Part shown: positions 38,867 through 48,608 of the stretch, piece after piece
Layout: every line of letters starts with the position of its first letter
Numbering within the stretch: position 1 is the stretch's first letter
Source: Chara braunii
Taxonomy: Eukaryota; Plantae; Charophyceae
NCBI GenBank assembly: GCA_003427395.1
Contig: BFEA01000040.1
Span: forward strand, 2,294,458 to 2,353,932
DNA length: 59,475 bases
Reading direction: 5' to 3'
Program-made: the position numbers and the translations under genes
The notes under the pieces: model-generated
The model's input: only the letters and a program-made list of their open reading frames with translations
The model's database searches: none
Told to the model about the DNA's origin: nothing

Positions 38867-40258
38867 TTACGAAGTTGCCGAGTCACCATCGGCACCTGCT
38901 TCGCTTACCCCGTTTTTCGATACTTCATGTACTACCACCTGCTTACCTTTACCTTCGCCATCCTTGAATTCCCGCGCTGTACGTAACTGAGCAATCTCTT
39001 CCTTCGTAACGTCCAACTTGTCGTACGTGATCCCCTCCTTTTCGCAGATACCCCGCACTTCTTCTTTCCGAAGATTCTTCAGGCCCTTCCTGGCTTTCTT
39101 CAAGAACTTCTCCCTCTCCCCACCTTCCATAGTCGGACTAACCAACTTGTTAGCCCTAGTATCGGTCTTTCGCACGGAGACCCCTGCCGCCTCATCCAAC
39201 TGCGGCTTCAGATTCGTCATCGGCCGTCGTTTCCTTTTCTCGAATTTCAACTCCCTCATGCGTTCGTGCAATTTATTCATCTTGCGCTCGTCTTCTAGCT
39301 GCTTCTCCCTTACCTTCGCTAGTTCCTCTTGAGCTTCCCGCCTTGCTTTAATTTGCTTCAATCTCATTTCCTTCAACAAATCAACTTCCATCCCATGTCG
39401 TTTAACGACACTACGATAGTGCTCGTCAACCACTTTCCTCGTCCCTTCCGGAGTCGAAGTCGGTACGACACGTGGTCGCACCCTTGCTTGGGTGGTCGGA
39501 GACGCCCCAATCGCCAAACTCCCTCTCTTGTTACCCGGTCTTAAAGCCTCGCTTTTCCATGCTTCTGCGTCCGCCATAGCCTCCAATCTTAATCTTCTTT
39601 CTTTCTCAATCTCATCTTCCAGCGAACCAAACCGCGCTTCCGATGCCATACGCATATCGGAAATTTCCTTTTGCAGCGCCTTAACCGCCTCCTTGTCACT
39701 TGTTGATGTTGATGCTTCACTACCTCGCTGACTCTTTTTGAGCCTCTCGATTTCTTCTTTCAATTTGCTCACTTCATTGTCTTCTTTTTCCTTCTTCCCA
39801 CCGATAGCATTACTAATCCCATCCAGCCTTGCGTTCATTTCTTTGGCAAACAACGAGTGCATCTCCTCCCGTTCACGTTTATCTTTTGCCCGTCTCTCCT
39901 CTTCCTCCTTTTCCTTCTTCTTTCTCTCCTCCTCGTCACGAGCCGCCTTTTCACTTGCTTCATCTGCTTCATGCTTCCCCTTGATCTTGGCAATGAGTTC
40001 CTCCAGATTAGACACCCGCTGGCGAAGACCTCCTCCTCCACAGTATCCACCATTGTAGTAAGGATACGTCGGTTGTTGTTGTGGCACCGTGTTGTTCACG
40101 TAGCTCAAATTGTGCGGAACTATAGCCATACTATTAGACACATTAGGATTGTTTAATCTCTTGTCAGGAAGTTGACAAAACCTAGCTATATGACCTAAAT
40201 GACCGCAGTTATAGCAACCTGCATTTCTCGGTTGTGAGTCTCCCTCATTGCTGGCCAT
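38867..40258 (-). CDS. PLE ORF1: gag-like CCHC zinc knuckle, coiled coil, possible C-terminal SAP-like motif
   Basis: Open frame MASNEGD...CYNCGHLGHIARFC; long E/K/R-rich helical region; LKNLRKEEVRGICEKEGI near the C-terminus. The stop lies 14 nt before the ORF2 ATG. Confidence 0.8.
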   Translation of the reverse strand: MASNEGDSQPRNAGCYNCGHLGHIARFCQLPDKRLNNPNVSNSMAIVPHNLSYVNNTVPQQQPTYPYYNGGYCGGGGLRQRVSNLEELIAKIKGKHEADEASEKAARDEEERKKKEKEEEERRAKDKREREEMHSLFAKEMNARLDGISNAIGGKKEKEDNEVSKLKEEIERLKKSQRGSEASTSTSDKEAVKALQKEISDMRMASEARFGSLEDEIEKERRLRLEAMADAEAWKSEALRPGNKRGSLAIGASPTTQARVRPRVVPTSTPEGTRKVVDEHYRSVVKRHGMEVDLLKEMRLKQIKARREAQEELAKVREKQLEDERKMNKLHERMRELKFEKRKRRPMTNLKPQLDEAAGVSVRKTDTRANKLVSPTMEGGEREKFLKKARKGLKNLRKEEVRGICEKEGITYDKLDVTKEEIAQLRTAREFKDGEGKGKQVVVHEVSKNGVSEAGADGDSATS

Positions 40259-40569
40259 CTTGACAAAGGAACTCGAAGCCACCGGCCAGTAGTTCAATCT
40301 CTACGACGGTTACCTCGTGAGACAAAGTATGATATACTCAGTTGACGCGATGGTCAAAGCAGGAAGTTCACTCACTCGAAACACACAATACCATGACTAT
40401 GATCACATTGGACATGACCAGACGACCAAGAGACACGACATGACCAGACGACCAAGAGACGACAGGACAAGAATAGACCAGCTTTGCAACGAACCCGAAC
40501 GTGATCGGCTGCATTAAAAATGATAATGAAACACATCAGCTATGGTAGAACAAAATCCACCTCGGAGAC

Positions 40570-40616
40570 GACCCGACCGGTTTCGTCTGACCGCCGCGTC
40601 AGACTCATCAGGGGTC
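40570..40616 (-). ncRNA. Minimal type I hammerhead ribozyme (5' pseudo-LTR)
   Basis: Same as 35332-35378 apart from one change in the stem II loop (gcggcg). Confidence 0.9.
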
Positions 40617-42847
40617 TTTTGGAAACACTCGAGATGCGTAAAGCTTAAGTACCGTTCCTACAGCTAAGAGCACCGTCGAAGAAGCTATCACCACAGTCGC
40701 CCAACTTCCGTTTCCGTAGTCGATCACGTTCATTGCTAACAGTCCTAATAGTTACCAACATCCCTTTTGAAAACATTCAAGGGCCCAGTTCAAAGCAGAA
40801 ACTACCGGTACTACTTAGCCAGTAATACGACTCTATTTACCCACGAAGTCGCCGAGTCCCAATATCCAGGCACTTGTCATAGAGAACCGTCGAACACATG
40901 TCACGTAAAAACAACATCTCCACGAAAGTGCCGAATCCACTGTCCAAACCACCTATCGACAAAGCCTAAACTTCCTTACCTGGACCATTCACCCAGCGGT
41001 AACCCTTACTGCAGCTTCTGCCAATAACTACCCCAACATCGAAAAAAAAACATAGCAATAACTACCCCAAACCTCGAACCCCCCCCCACAACAATCGGAT
41101 GTGATGTCCCGAAGGGCCCATCCGCACTTATCCCAGCCGAAATGGAAAATTCCAAATTGCGGCTGATTTTTGCACCTGGACGTAAACAATACTGATACCA
41201 CGCTCGGGCGTGGGGGCGCAGCCAGGTTGGCGGCGGACCGGCGACCAGTTTACGAGAGCTTCGCAATCTGCAGTTGCGGAAACGGAAGGAACTCTACAAG
41301 AAGGTCGCATTCAGGCACTGAGGGAACTCGTTGCCCCTACTGGACCATGCCCCCCTACCCAATGGCAGAGTAAAAAAGGTAGACCAGAATACCCCTCTGA
41401 CACAAAAACTACTTTGGGAAATGCCCCTGTTGTCGGTTGTATTTGTCATGTTTGTAAAATATCTCTATCGGTGAATGTTCCAGCGAGAAGGTGAAGGACC
41501 GTACTCCTGGATTCAGTGAACGCCGACAATGGCATGGGCGCTGAAAGCAAAAAAAAAGTAGGGGGGGAAATTCTTCTTTAATTCTGTTAGACTGCACAAA
41601 GCTCAGGACAGGGCCCAGACAGGGTGACTTGGAACTTCAGGGAGGAAACTTTAAACCAGGGCTACCTCTAAGCCTCTTCTTGCCAAGGTGGAGTAGAACT
41701 GCGTGCGATGCTTTTGCCGAAGCACAGGTGTAGCTTTTTTTTGTTTTGTTTTGGCCGGCGCCGCGTTAGCCTGTTTGGTCCAGGGGTGCATGGGTTCCAC
41801 CGGCCTCTGAAGAATGCGGTATAGGTACTATAGGCTATATTCACGACTTTGCCTTCCAGCCTAGAAGGTAGTCACTGTGGTGTTTTGTTTTGTTTTTTGG
41901 TTTTTTTGTTCGCGAGAGAGGAGGAGCTGGAGATGGCCTTGATTCCTCACACGGCCCAACCCTTCCACCTCTGGCTTTTCCCTGGCACCCCGCCACTCCT
42001 CTCTATCGTACCTCAGTTGAGGACCATCACTCTTTTTACTAGAGTAGCCTGACTAGAGAGGGGTTGTTGGCACCGATGCTGATCGGGGACCCCCCTTCAA
42101 CCCTGGTTGAGGGATTGTGTCGCTTTAACCTTGTCACATGGGTGCCTCGGGAGTAGACTACCAGTCCCGTGAGTAGACCCGATAGTGCCCCCCTTTCTCC
42201 AGGGGTTCGCGCCTTCTGAAACTTTCCTATTTACCCCAGGCAGTGTCTAATGGCCAACTGGGGAAGGTCTCTCTACGAGAGCCCTATTCTAGGCACTTCC
42301 CCCTTACTCAGCACAGTTGTTGCTCTGTGCGCCTTTGGCGTGAATCTCTGTAGGTCAGCATGGTGTTGCGTAGCCTGTGCAGAGGTCTGTTTTATCTGAT
42401 GTATTGCTGTAGCTTGGGTTCCCCCCCCCCCTGCAGTATGTCGGTCATTCTGTGTTCGAAGCCATGGCCTCGTAATGTATGAGTCTGTGGTAAGGACCAC
42501 TACCAAAGAGCCACACAAGTATCAGGCTCGCCAGTCAGACAAGCTCATAATAACCGTGGGCTAGGTCCCACTTGCACGAAATAGGAGACACTGACCGTAG
42601 ATAGCAGAGATCAACGGCCGACATCTCCTAATAGGCGCAAGTGGGACCTTGCCTGGTGCGAAGCCTGGGTTGGCACGACGAGGTTTCCCACCTTGCACCC
42701 TCTGGACCTCTGTACGTGTTGCCATCTCTCGGGCTCCCTACGGTAGATCTCCGACTCGTACCTTTTCGACTGAATCTGGCCAAAATATTTGCACACATAC
42801 GTCCAGGAAAGCTCGAAGTGCCAGTAGGCCGGAACTTGTCCGGGGCC

Positions 42848-43506
42848 CGTGTCATCCTTGTGTGCACAGGGGCCATTTTCTTTTTTTTTTTTTTCTTTTT
42901 TTTTCTTTTTTTTTCTTTTTTTTTGAATAACCTCCGGTAATTTTTATTCCAAAATCATTGAAAAGAGGCCGGGGACCTCACAATTCAACCCGGAGTTATC
43001 CCGGCAGCATCAGCCTGTTTAGCTTGAGTACAAACATCGGTACAGGGCAGAGGCGCTTACCAGACCCTCATCTTAAGGCCAACAATTCACATGTGAGCTC
43101 ATTACATTCTGACTTCCAATGTAGGAATAGTACCCTCCAACCCCTACCCTAGCCCTCAATCCGACTACCTCTGTCCATACTACCCCTATCTACACAACGA
43201 GCCTATCCTGGCTCGATGACACTCTCCACCCTCCACCCCAATTTGGCCTACCGCGACCCGTACCAGCAACCGAGTGTCCTGGTTGCATTTCCACTGTCTT
43301 AAAACAGAATTAAGAGGAGAGGACTTCCTGTCTTGCCGTTATCTCAAGATTCTAACCAGGGAGATATGACCATCCTACCCTCAACTGTGACCGCTGCTAA
43401 CTGATTATCTCTTGCCCAAGTTACCAGAAACCACCTTCTGCCCCTCGGGGCTGTACCCCTTCGGGGCCATTTTCTAATCACCCTTCTCTGTATCGTTCCA
43501 AATTTT
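42848..43506 (-). pseudogene. U6: U6 retrocopy C, split by a LINE insertion
   Basis: 5' part 43463-43506 (TTGGAACGATACAGAGAAG[GGTG]ATTAGAAAATGGCCCC). 3' part 42848-42881 (ATGGCCCCTGTGCACACAAGGATGACACG). Confidence 0.8.
42882..43462 (-). mobile_element. 5'-truncated LINE with 13-bp TSD
   Basis: TSD GGGGCCATTTTCT at 42869-42881 and 43463-43475. Encodes the ORF2 C-terminus RWFLVTWARDNQLA...SPWLES*; carries the shared tail motif and a T-run. Confidence 0.85.
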
Positions 43507-44135
43507 TTGAGGGGTATTTCTCTATCTGTCACCCTCTTTTGTTTGCTGTGTTTTCTGCAAACGATTGTAAACACGACCGCATACAGGCGTTGAAGCAAGA
43601 CAACGCTACAAAAAAAAAAAGGAAAAAAAATTACCCCACGGCTGTTCGTTTTTTTTTTCATGCACATCTCCACAAACATGGCCACAATTCGGTTCAAAAC
43701 AAAACATACAATACAAAACAATACAACCGCCCCCCAAAAAAAAACCGAACGGTCGGATGCATGATCTGTATCACGACGAGTAGTTCCACGTGGCCATTCT
43801 TTTTTTTTTCCCCACGTGGGCAATCTGAGGGCGTGTCTTCTTTGAAATTCGGCCAAGAAAACAAAAAAGCGGCAATCGCGTCCTCCCGCCGTTTTTTGGC
43901 GCGAGTGAGCCGCGGGACACCCCGTTCCCAGCAAAGCTCATTTCCGCGTCCTTCCCCCCCCCACAAAAAAAACAAAGCTCAATAGACCTCTTTTTTTTTT
44001 TTTTTTTTTAAGACCTCTTTTTTTTAATTTTATTTTAAAAAGACCTCTTTTTTTTTTTACACGTAAAAGATGAATAAGATTTAAAGAAATTGGTAAATCA
44101 ATTAGAACAGAAACAACGGACTTGAAACAGTAAAG

Positions 44136-44269
44136 GTGTCCGTTGGGACATCCTTTGGGACATCCGTTAAAATTGGAACGATACAGAGAAGGGTAAAAGG
44201 GTAATTAGCAAATGGCCCCTGCGCTTTCAAGGATGACACGCATAAATCGACAAACGGTCCAATTTTTTT
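44136..44269 (+). pseudogene. U6: U6 retrocopy D (full length, insertions, A-tail)
   Basis: GGGACATCCGTTAAAATTGGAACGATACAGAGAAG[GGTAAAAGGGTA]ATTAGC[AA]ATGGCCCCTGCGC[TTTC]AAGGATGACACGCATAAATCGA...GGTCCAATTTTTTT; duplicated 5' hairpin segment. Confidence 0.9.
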
Positions 44270-45857
44270 GAAAAAAAAAGAAAAAAAAAAAGAAAAAAAA
44301 GCTGCCGGAATAAAGTTGTAAAATGCGGATATCAAATCGCCAGGATGCTGACGTGGCATCACTGGACTATCTAGTCGCACTTCACCGGTCACCTTGATGA
44401 TGCAATCGGCGCGCAGCTGCTGATGTGGCGCTTAAACCATATGGGAAGGGTAATCAGGGAAAGCGGATCAATCGAAGAAGGACGCCATTGCCACGTCAGT
44501 AGCTGTGCGCTGATTGCCTGATTACCCTTCTGAGATGGCTTAAGCGCCACATCAGTAGCTGCGCGCCAATTGCATCAGTAGCTGCGCGCCGAATCTAAGA
44601 AGCGTAACATGGGAAAGCCACGTGTGTAAACCGACAAGCAATCAGTGAGAATACTCTCCTACCGGTTCTCCTGCTCCTCCCTCTCTCCTCCCTCTCCTCT
44701 CTTTTCCTCCCTCTCCTTCCTCTCCTTCCGCTCCGCTCTCTCCTTCTCTCCTTCCTCTCCTCTCTCTTCTCCCTCTACTTCCTCTCTCTCCCTTCTGATA
44801 TGGTTTAAGTGCCACATCAGTAGCTGCTGCGCGCCGATTGCATCAGTAGCTGCGCGCCGATTGCATCAGTAGCTGCGCGCCGAATCTAAAACAGGGGTAA
44901 TATGGGAAAACCACGTGCGTGAACCGACAAGCAATCAGTGAGATTACTCTCCTACCGGTTCTCCTGCTTCTCCCTCTCTCCCCCCTCTCCGCTCTTTTCC
45001 TCCCTCTCCTCCCTTTCCTTCCTCTCCTCTTTCCCCTTTCTCTCGTTCCTCTTCTCTCTCTTCTCCCCCTATTTCCTCTCCTCTCTCTCCTGCCTCTTCT
45101 CCCTCTCTTGCCTCTCGTTCTGGTTCTCTCTCTGTCCTCCCTCTCCTCCCTCTCCTCCCTCTCTTGCCTCTCCTTCTGGTTCTCTTCCTCCCCTCCCTCC
45201 GCTCCCTCTCCTCCCTCCCCCGCGCCCCCCCGCTCTCCCCCATCTCCTCCTCCCCGTCGTCGTTGACCGTCTTCTTGATCCTCCATGCTCTTTGATGGTG
45301 GGACGTTCCTCCAGCGATCGGACGGTCGGTCGGTCGTCCACGTGTTCCTCCTTTCCTTCTCCTCTGCTCCTCCTCCTCCTCCCTCCCTTCTCCAAATGTT
45401 CTTCTTTTTTTTCTTTTTTTTTTTTCTTCGTATCCTCCCCCTCAAAGTTTGGCTTTCCGTTTCTCTCCTTCTTATCCAGGTCGTTGGTCTCATCTTTGCT
45501 GTATTTTTAAAATAACAATAATTTTATTAATTTATTTATTTTTCAGATTCGTTGATCTCATCTTGCGAGTCGATGCGAAGTGCAAATGGGAAATTCTCTC
45601 CTCCCCCCCCACACGCATCCTCGTGCAACTTCTCTCGACATTCTCGCCTGTGATCGTGCGCAGTGGAGGATGCGTAGAGGAGGAGGAGGAGGACGTGGAG
45701 TTCAAAAGGAGGAGAAGATGGAGAAGAGAGGGGGAGGGAGAGAAATTTCCTCCTTTCAAAGGTGAATCGGGGAGGAGGGGATGAGAGAAGAGCGTCAGGA
45801 ACCTACGAGCACGTTCGAGGAGAAGGTATAGCAGGCATTGAGTGCAATGTGCCATCC

Positions 45858-45924
<67 letters not shown>

Positions 45925-47104
45925 GATGTTGGTGGGTGTATCGCGGTAACTGAAGCTTGTCAGGCAGGCCAGTTGACGGGTGCATCTTGCAGGCCAGTTG
46001 GCTGAACATATAATTGGGGGGAAGTTGATTGTCGAAAAGTGCGCCCTTGGAGTAAAGAGGAGAGAGGAAGGCTAGAAGCAGTGTAGCACATGGGGAGGGA
46101 CACTTGATGTATCGAAGGCCCCCCCCCCATGACCGCGAAGAAGTTGACGACTGTCAATCGCCTGAGCGGCAGGAGCTGATTTGATTTGAGCTGCCATCTG
46201 ATCTGATAGAAGATGAACGCTTAGGGTTTTCGGGTCCGGGGTTGAGGCCTTCGCAGATGGGTAACGGTTTAGGGGCTTAGGGGTTTAGGGGGTTAGGGGG
46301 TTAGGGTTTATGATGTTTTAGGGTCCATGCTTGGGGGTTTGGAAAGCAATAGTTGGGGCCCTTGGGGGCATAATTAGTGGGTTATGCGGGTTGAACGGGG
46401 GGTGCTAGGGGACGGTAGATTTGGCGGGAAAGTGGAAAGTAGTGATGCTTGATTACTGCCGTCTTCAACCGAATAGAACGCCCGGTCATTATAGCTGTAT
46501 TTGGCCAACTGTCAGTCCAGGTACACCGATAATGACCAGGCGTTCTATTCGGGTGAAGACGATAGTTGTGCTTCTCATCGTTGGGGAACTGAACAACAGC
46601 AACACATTGCATTGCCTATCAGTTGATGTTGTGTGGGCATGGGTGCAGGGTTGGCCTGAAGCGGGGGGGGAAAAGTCCTCTTCTTCTCTTCCTCCCTTTC
46701 CTCCCTTTCCTCCCTTTCCTCCCCTTCCTCATCTCCCTCCTCTCCTTCTTCTGCTCCTTCTCTCCTCCTGCTACTACTCCTCCTCCTAGTCGTGTTTCTG
46801 CACTCATTCGTGCCGCTGAGGTTCCTCGATGCATCTCCGTTTTCCCCTCCCTCCCCCCCTGCGCTAGGAGTATTGACGCGAGGATGGGATGGGAGGTAGC
46901 CTCGTCTCTTCAGACCAACCACGGCTGACAGCTTCCGGCAATCAACGTGAGCCTAGTAACTGGCCTCTACAACACCCTGGACTTTTTATGAAAAAAAAAG
47001 AAAGAAAAAAAAAGGAACTGCGGTACTTTACTTTGCGGAAGGAGTGGAGGAAGAAGAGGAGTGGATGAGAGAAGAGAAGGAAGAACAACAAACGACCATG
47101 AGGA

Positions 47105-47985
47105 CCCTACTTTCCTTTCCAGGGTGGCATGGGATTATATAGCCCAACCCCGCTCCAAAGGAGGTTTGGCGATCTTGGAACCCAATGACCAACTTAAGGC
47201 CTTGGCTTTCAAGATCATTATCCGCCTGTTGATGGGAAACAACATTTTGTGGGCCCCATATGCTGATTTAATATTGTCCAACTTGGCCCCCCCATCGCCT
47301 GCGGACAGCCCCGTGCATGCTCTCGAATGGTTCACTAATCCCTCTTGGTCGGTCCNACCCCGCTCCAAAGGAGGTTTGGCGATCTTGGAACCCAATGACC
47401 AACTTAAGGCCTTGGCTTTCAAGATCATTATCCGCCTGTTGATGGGAAACAACATTTTGTGGGCCCCATATGCTGATTTAATATTGTCCAACTTGGCCCC
47501 CCCATCGCCTGCGGACAGCCCCGTGCATGCTCTCGAATGGTTCACTAATCCCTCTTGGTCGGTCCCGTCCGCAACCAACACACCACTCCCACAGACGCCT
47601 CAGGCCCAAGCCAGAAGAGACATAGCGAATGACCCCCTTTGGCCTAATATGATAAACGTTATGGAGGGAGATGGGCCCAGACCGGCTCCCTCCACCCCTG
47701 CGCTGGCATGAGATCATAGGACAACCGCTGTTTGGCCACCCCTCCATGTGTGATGACGAGGGGAGGCCCTTCACCCTCCAAAACAACTCCTGCTGGCGCA
47801 CATGGGTGTCTAAGGGGGTGTTCTTTGTGGGTGACATATGGGACTCAAAACATAACACTTGGAAGACGGACATCCAAATGAAGGTTCAACTGAAACACGT
47901 AAGGGACAGACCGGAAAAGTTGCATCAGTTGCAGGGAGCGATTCCCCTTGCTTGGGTGCAACAATTGAAGCAAGGTCCTACCTCC
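47105..47985 (+). pseudogene. LINE ORF2 internal fragment
   Basis: SRVAWDYIAQPRSKGGLAILEP...; QPLFGHP...WVSKGVFFVGDIWD. Related to 53832..54638. Confidence 0.8.
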
Positions 47986-48343
47986 CTTTCTCCTCCCCCC
48001 TGCTCCCTTTCCCCACCCCCCCCAATCCGCCCCCCGCCGTCTTCTCCCCTTCATTTAACGCCCTTGGTTGTGATGTGCGATCCAGCCTTTCAATCCAATG
48101 GCCACGGCAATGGTAGACAGGGGAGGGTGAGGAGACTGAGGTTACCGTTACTCTCCGTTACTCTCCGTTACTCTCCGTTACTCTCCGTTGTCGTCTGTTT
48201 ACCGTCCAAGACGGAACGGCCATCAAACTCCAGGAGAACAAGGCTCTCTCTCTCTCTCTCTCTCTTTGACGCTTCCTTTCTCCATCTCCTCGAATTTGAA
48301 TGCTCTGGAGATCTCATGCAGACCTTTGAGGCACTCCCCAGGT

Positions 48344-48380
<37 letters not shown>

Positions 48381-48383
48381 CTA

Positions 48384-48608
48384 GGGGGTACTGCCCCACA
48401 CTCGACGGGAAAAAAATGTCACTTAATCTGCAGACCTTCGAGGAGATGACTAAAGAACGCCCGCAGATGAAGGAGGGGGGTTAAGAGCCGTTGATTGGCA
48501 GCCAGTAATCAACGGCAGCCATTAGTCAATGGCAGCCATTGGCCAACGGCACTCACGCCTGCAGATTCAGTGGCATCTTTTTTCCATCGAGAGTGGGGCA
48601 GTACCCCC
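48384..48608. mobile_element. MITE with ~47 bp TIRs (GGGGGTACTGCCCCAC), TA-flanked
   Basis: Inverted match 48384-48432 / 48559-48608. An M2 MITE sits at its right-hand TA. Confidence 0.7.

Larger units (their letters stand above)
35078..41095 (-). mobile_element. Penelope-like retroelement of Naiad/Chlamys architecture with pseudo-LTRs
   Basis: Direct repeats 35078-35841 and 40332-41095 (each spans 764 bp, few substitutions and indels, no TG..CA ends) flank ORF1 (zinc knuckle) and ORF2 (GIY-YIG, CxC, RT). Confidence 0.9.

Noticed and set aside
35078-41095. LTR retrotransposon or DIRS element
   Set aside because: No protease, RNase H, integrase or tyrosine recombinase and no TG..CA ends. GIY-YIG plus a PLE-type RT fit pseudo-LTRs.
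44645-45515. Long ORFs in CT/GA-rich tracts and ORFs spanning N gaps (e.g. 8293-9006, 23466-24361, 32731-33886, 48787-49442)
   Set aside because: They are open in several frames only because of low complexity or Ns and have no recognisable domains.
46220-46325. Interstitial telomere
   Set aside because: Only a few degenerate TTAGGG(G) units, which are common in plant TE subtermini.
47147-47565. Exact ~209-bp tandem duplication in a LINE fragment
   Set aside because: The copies appear identical and are joined by a single N (47356), typical of an unmerged contig overlap. The same applies at 7364.
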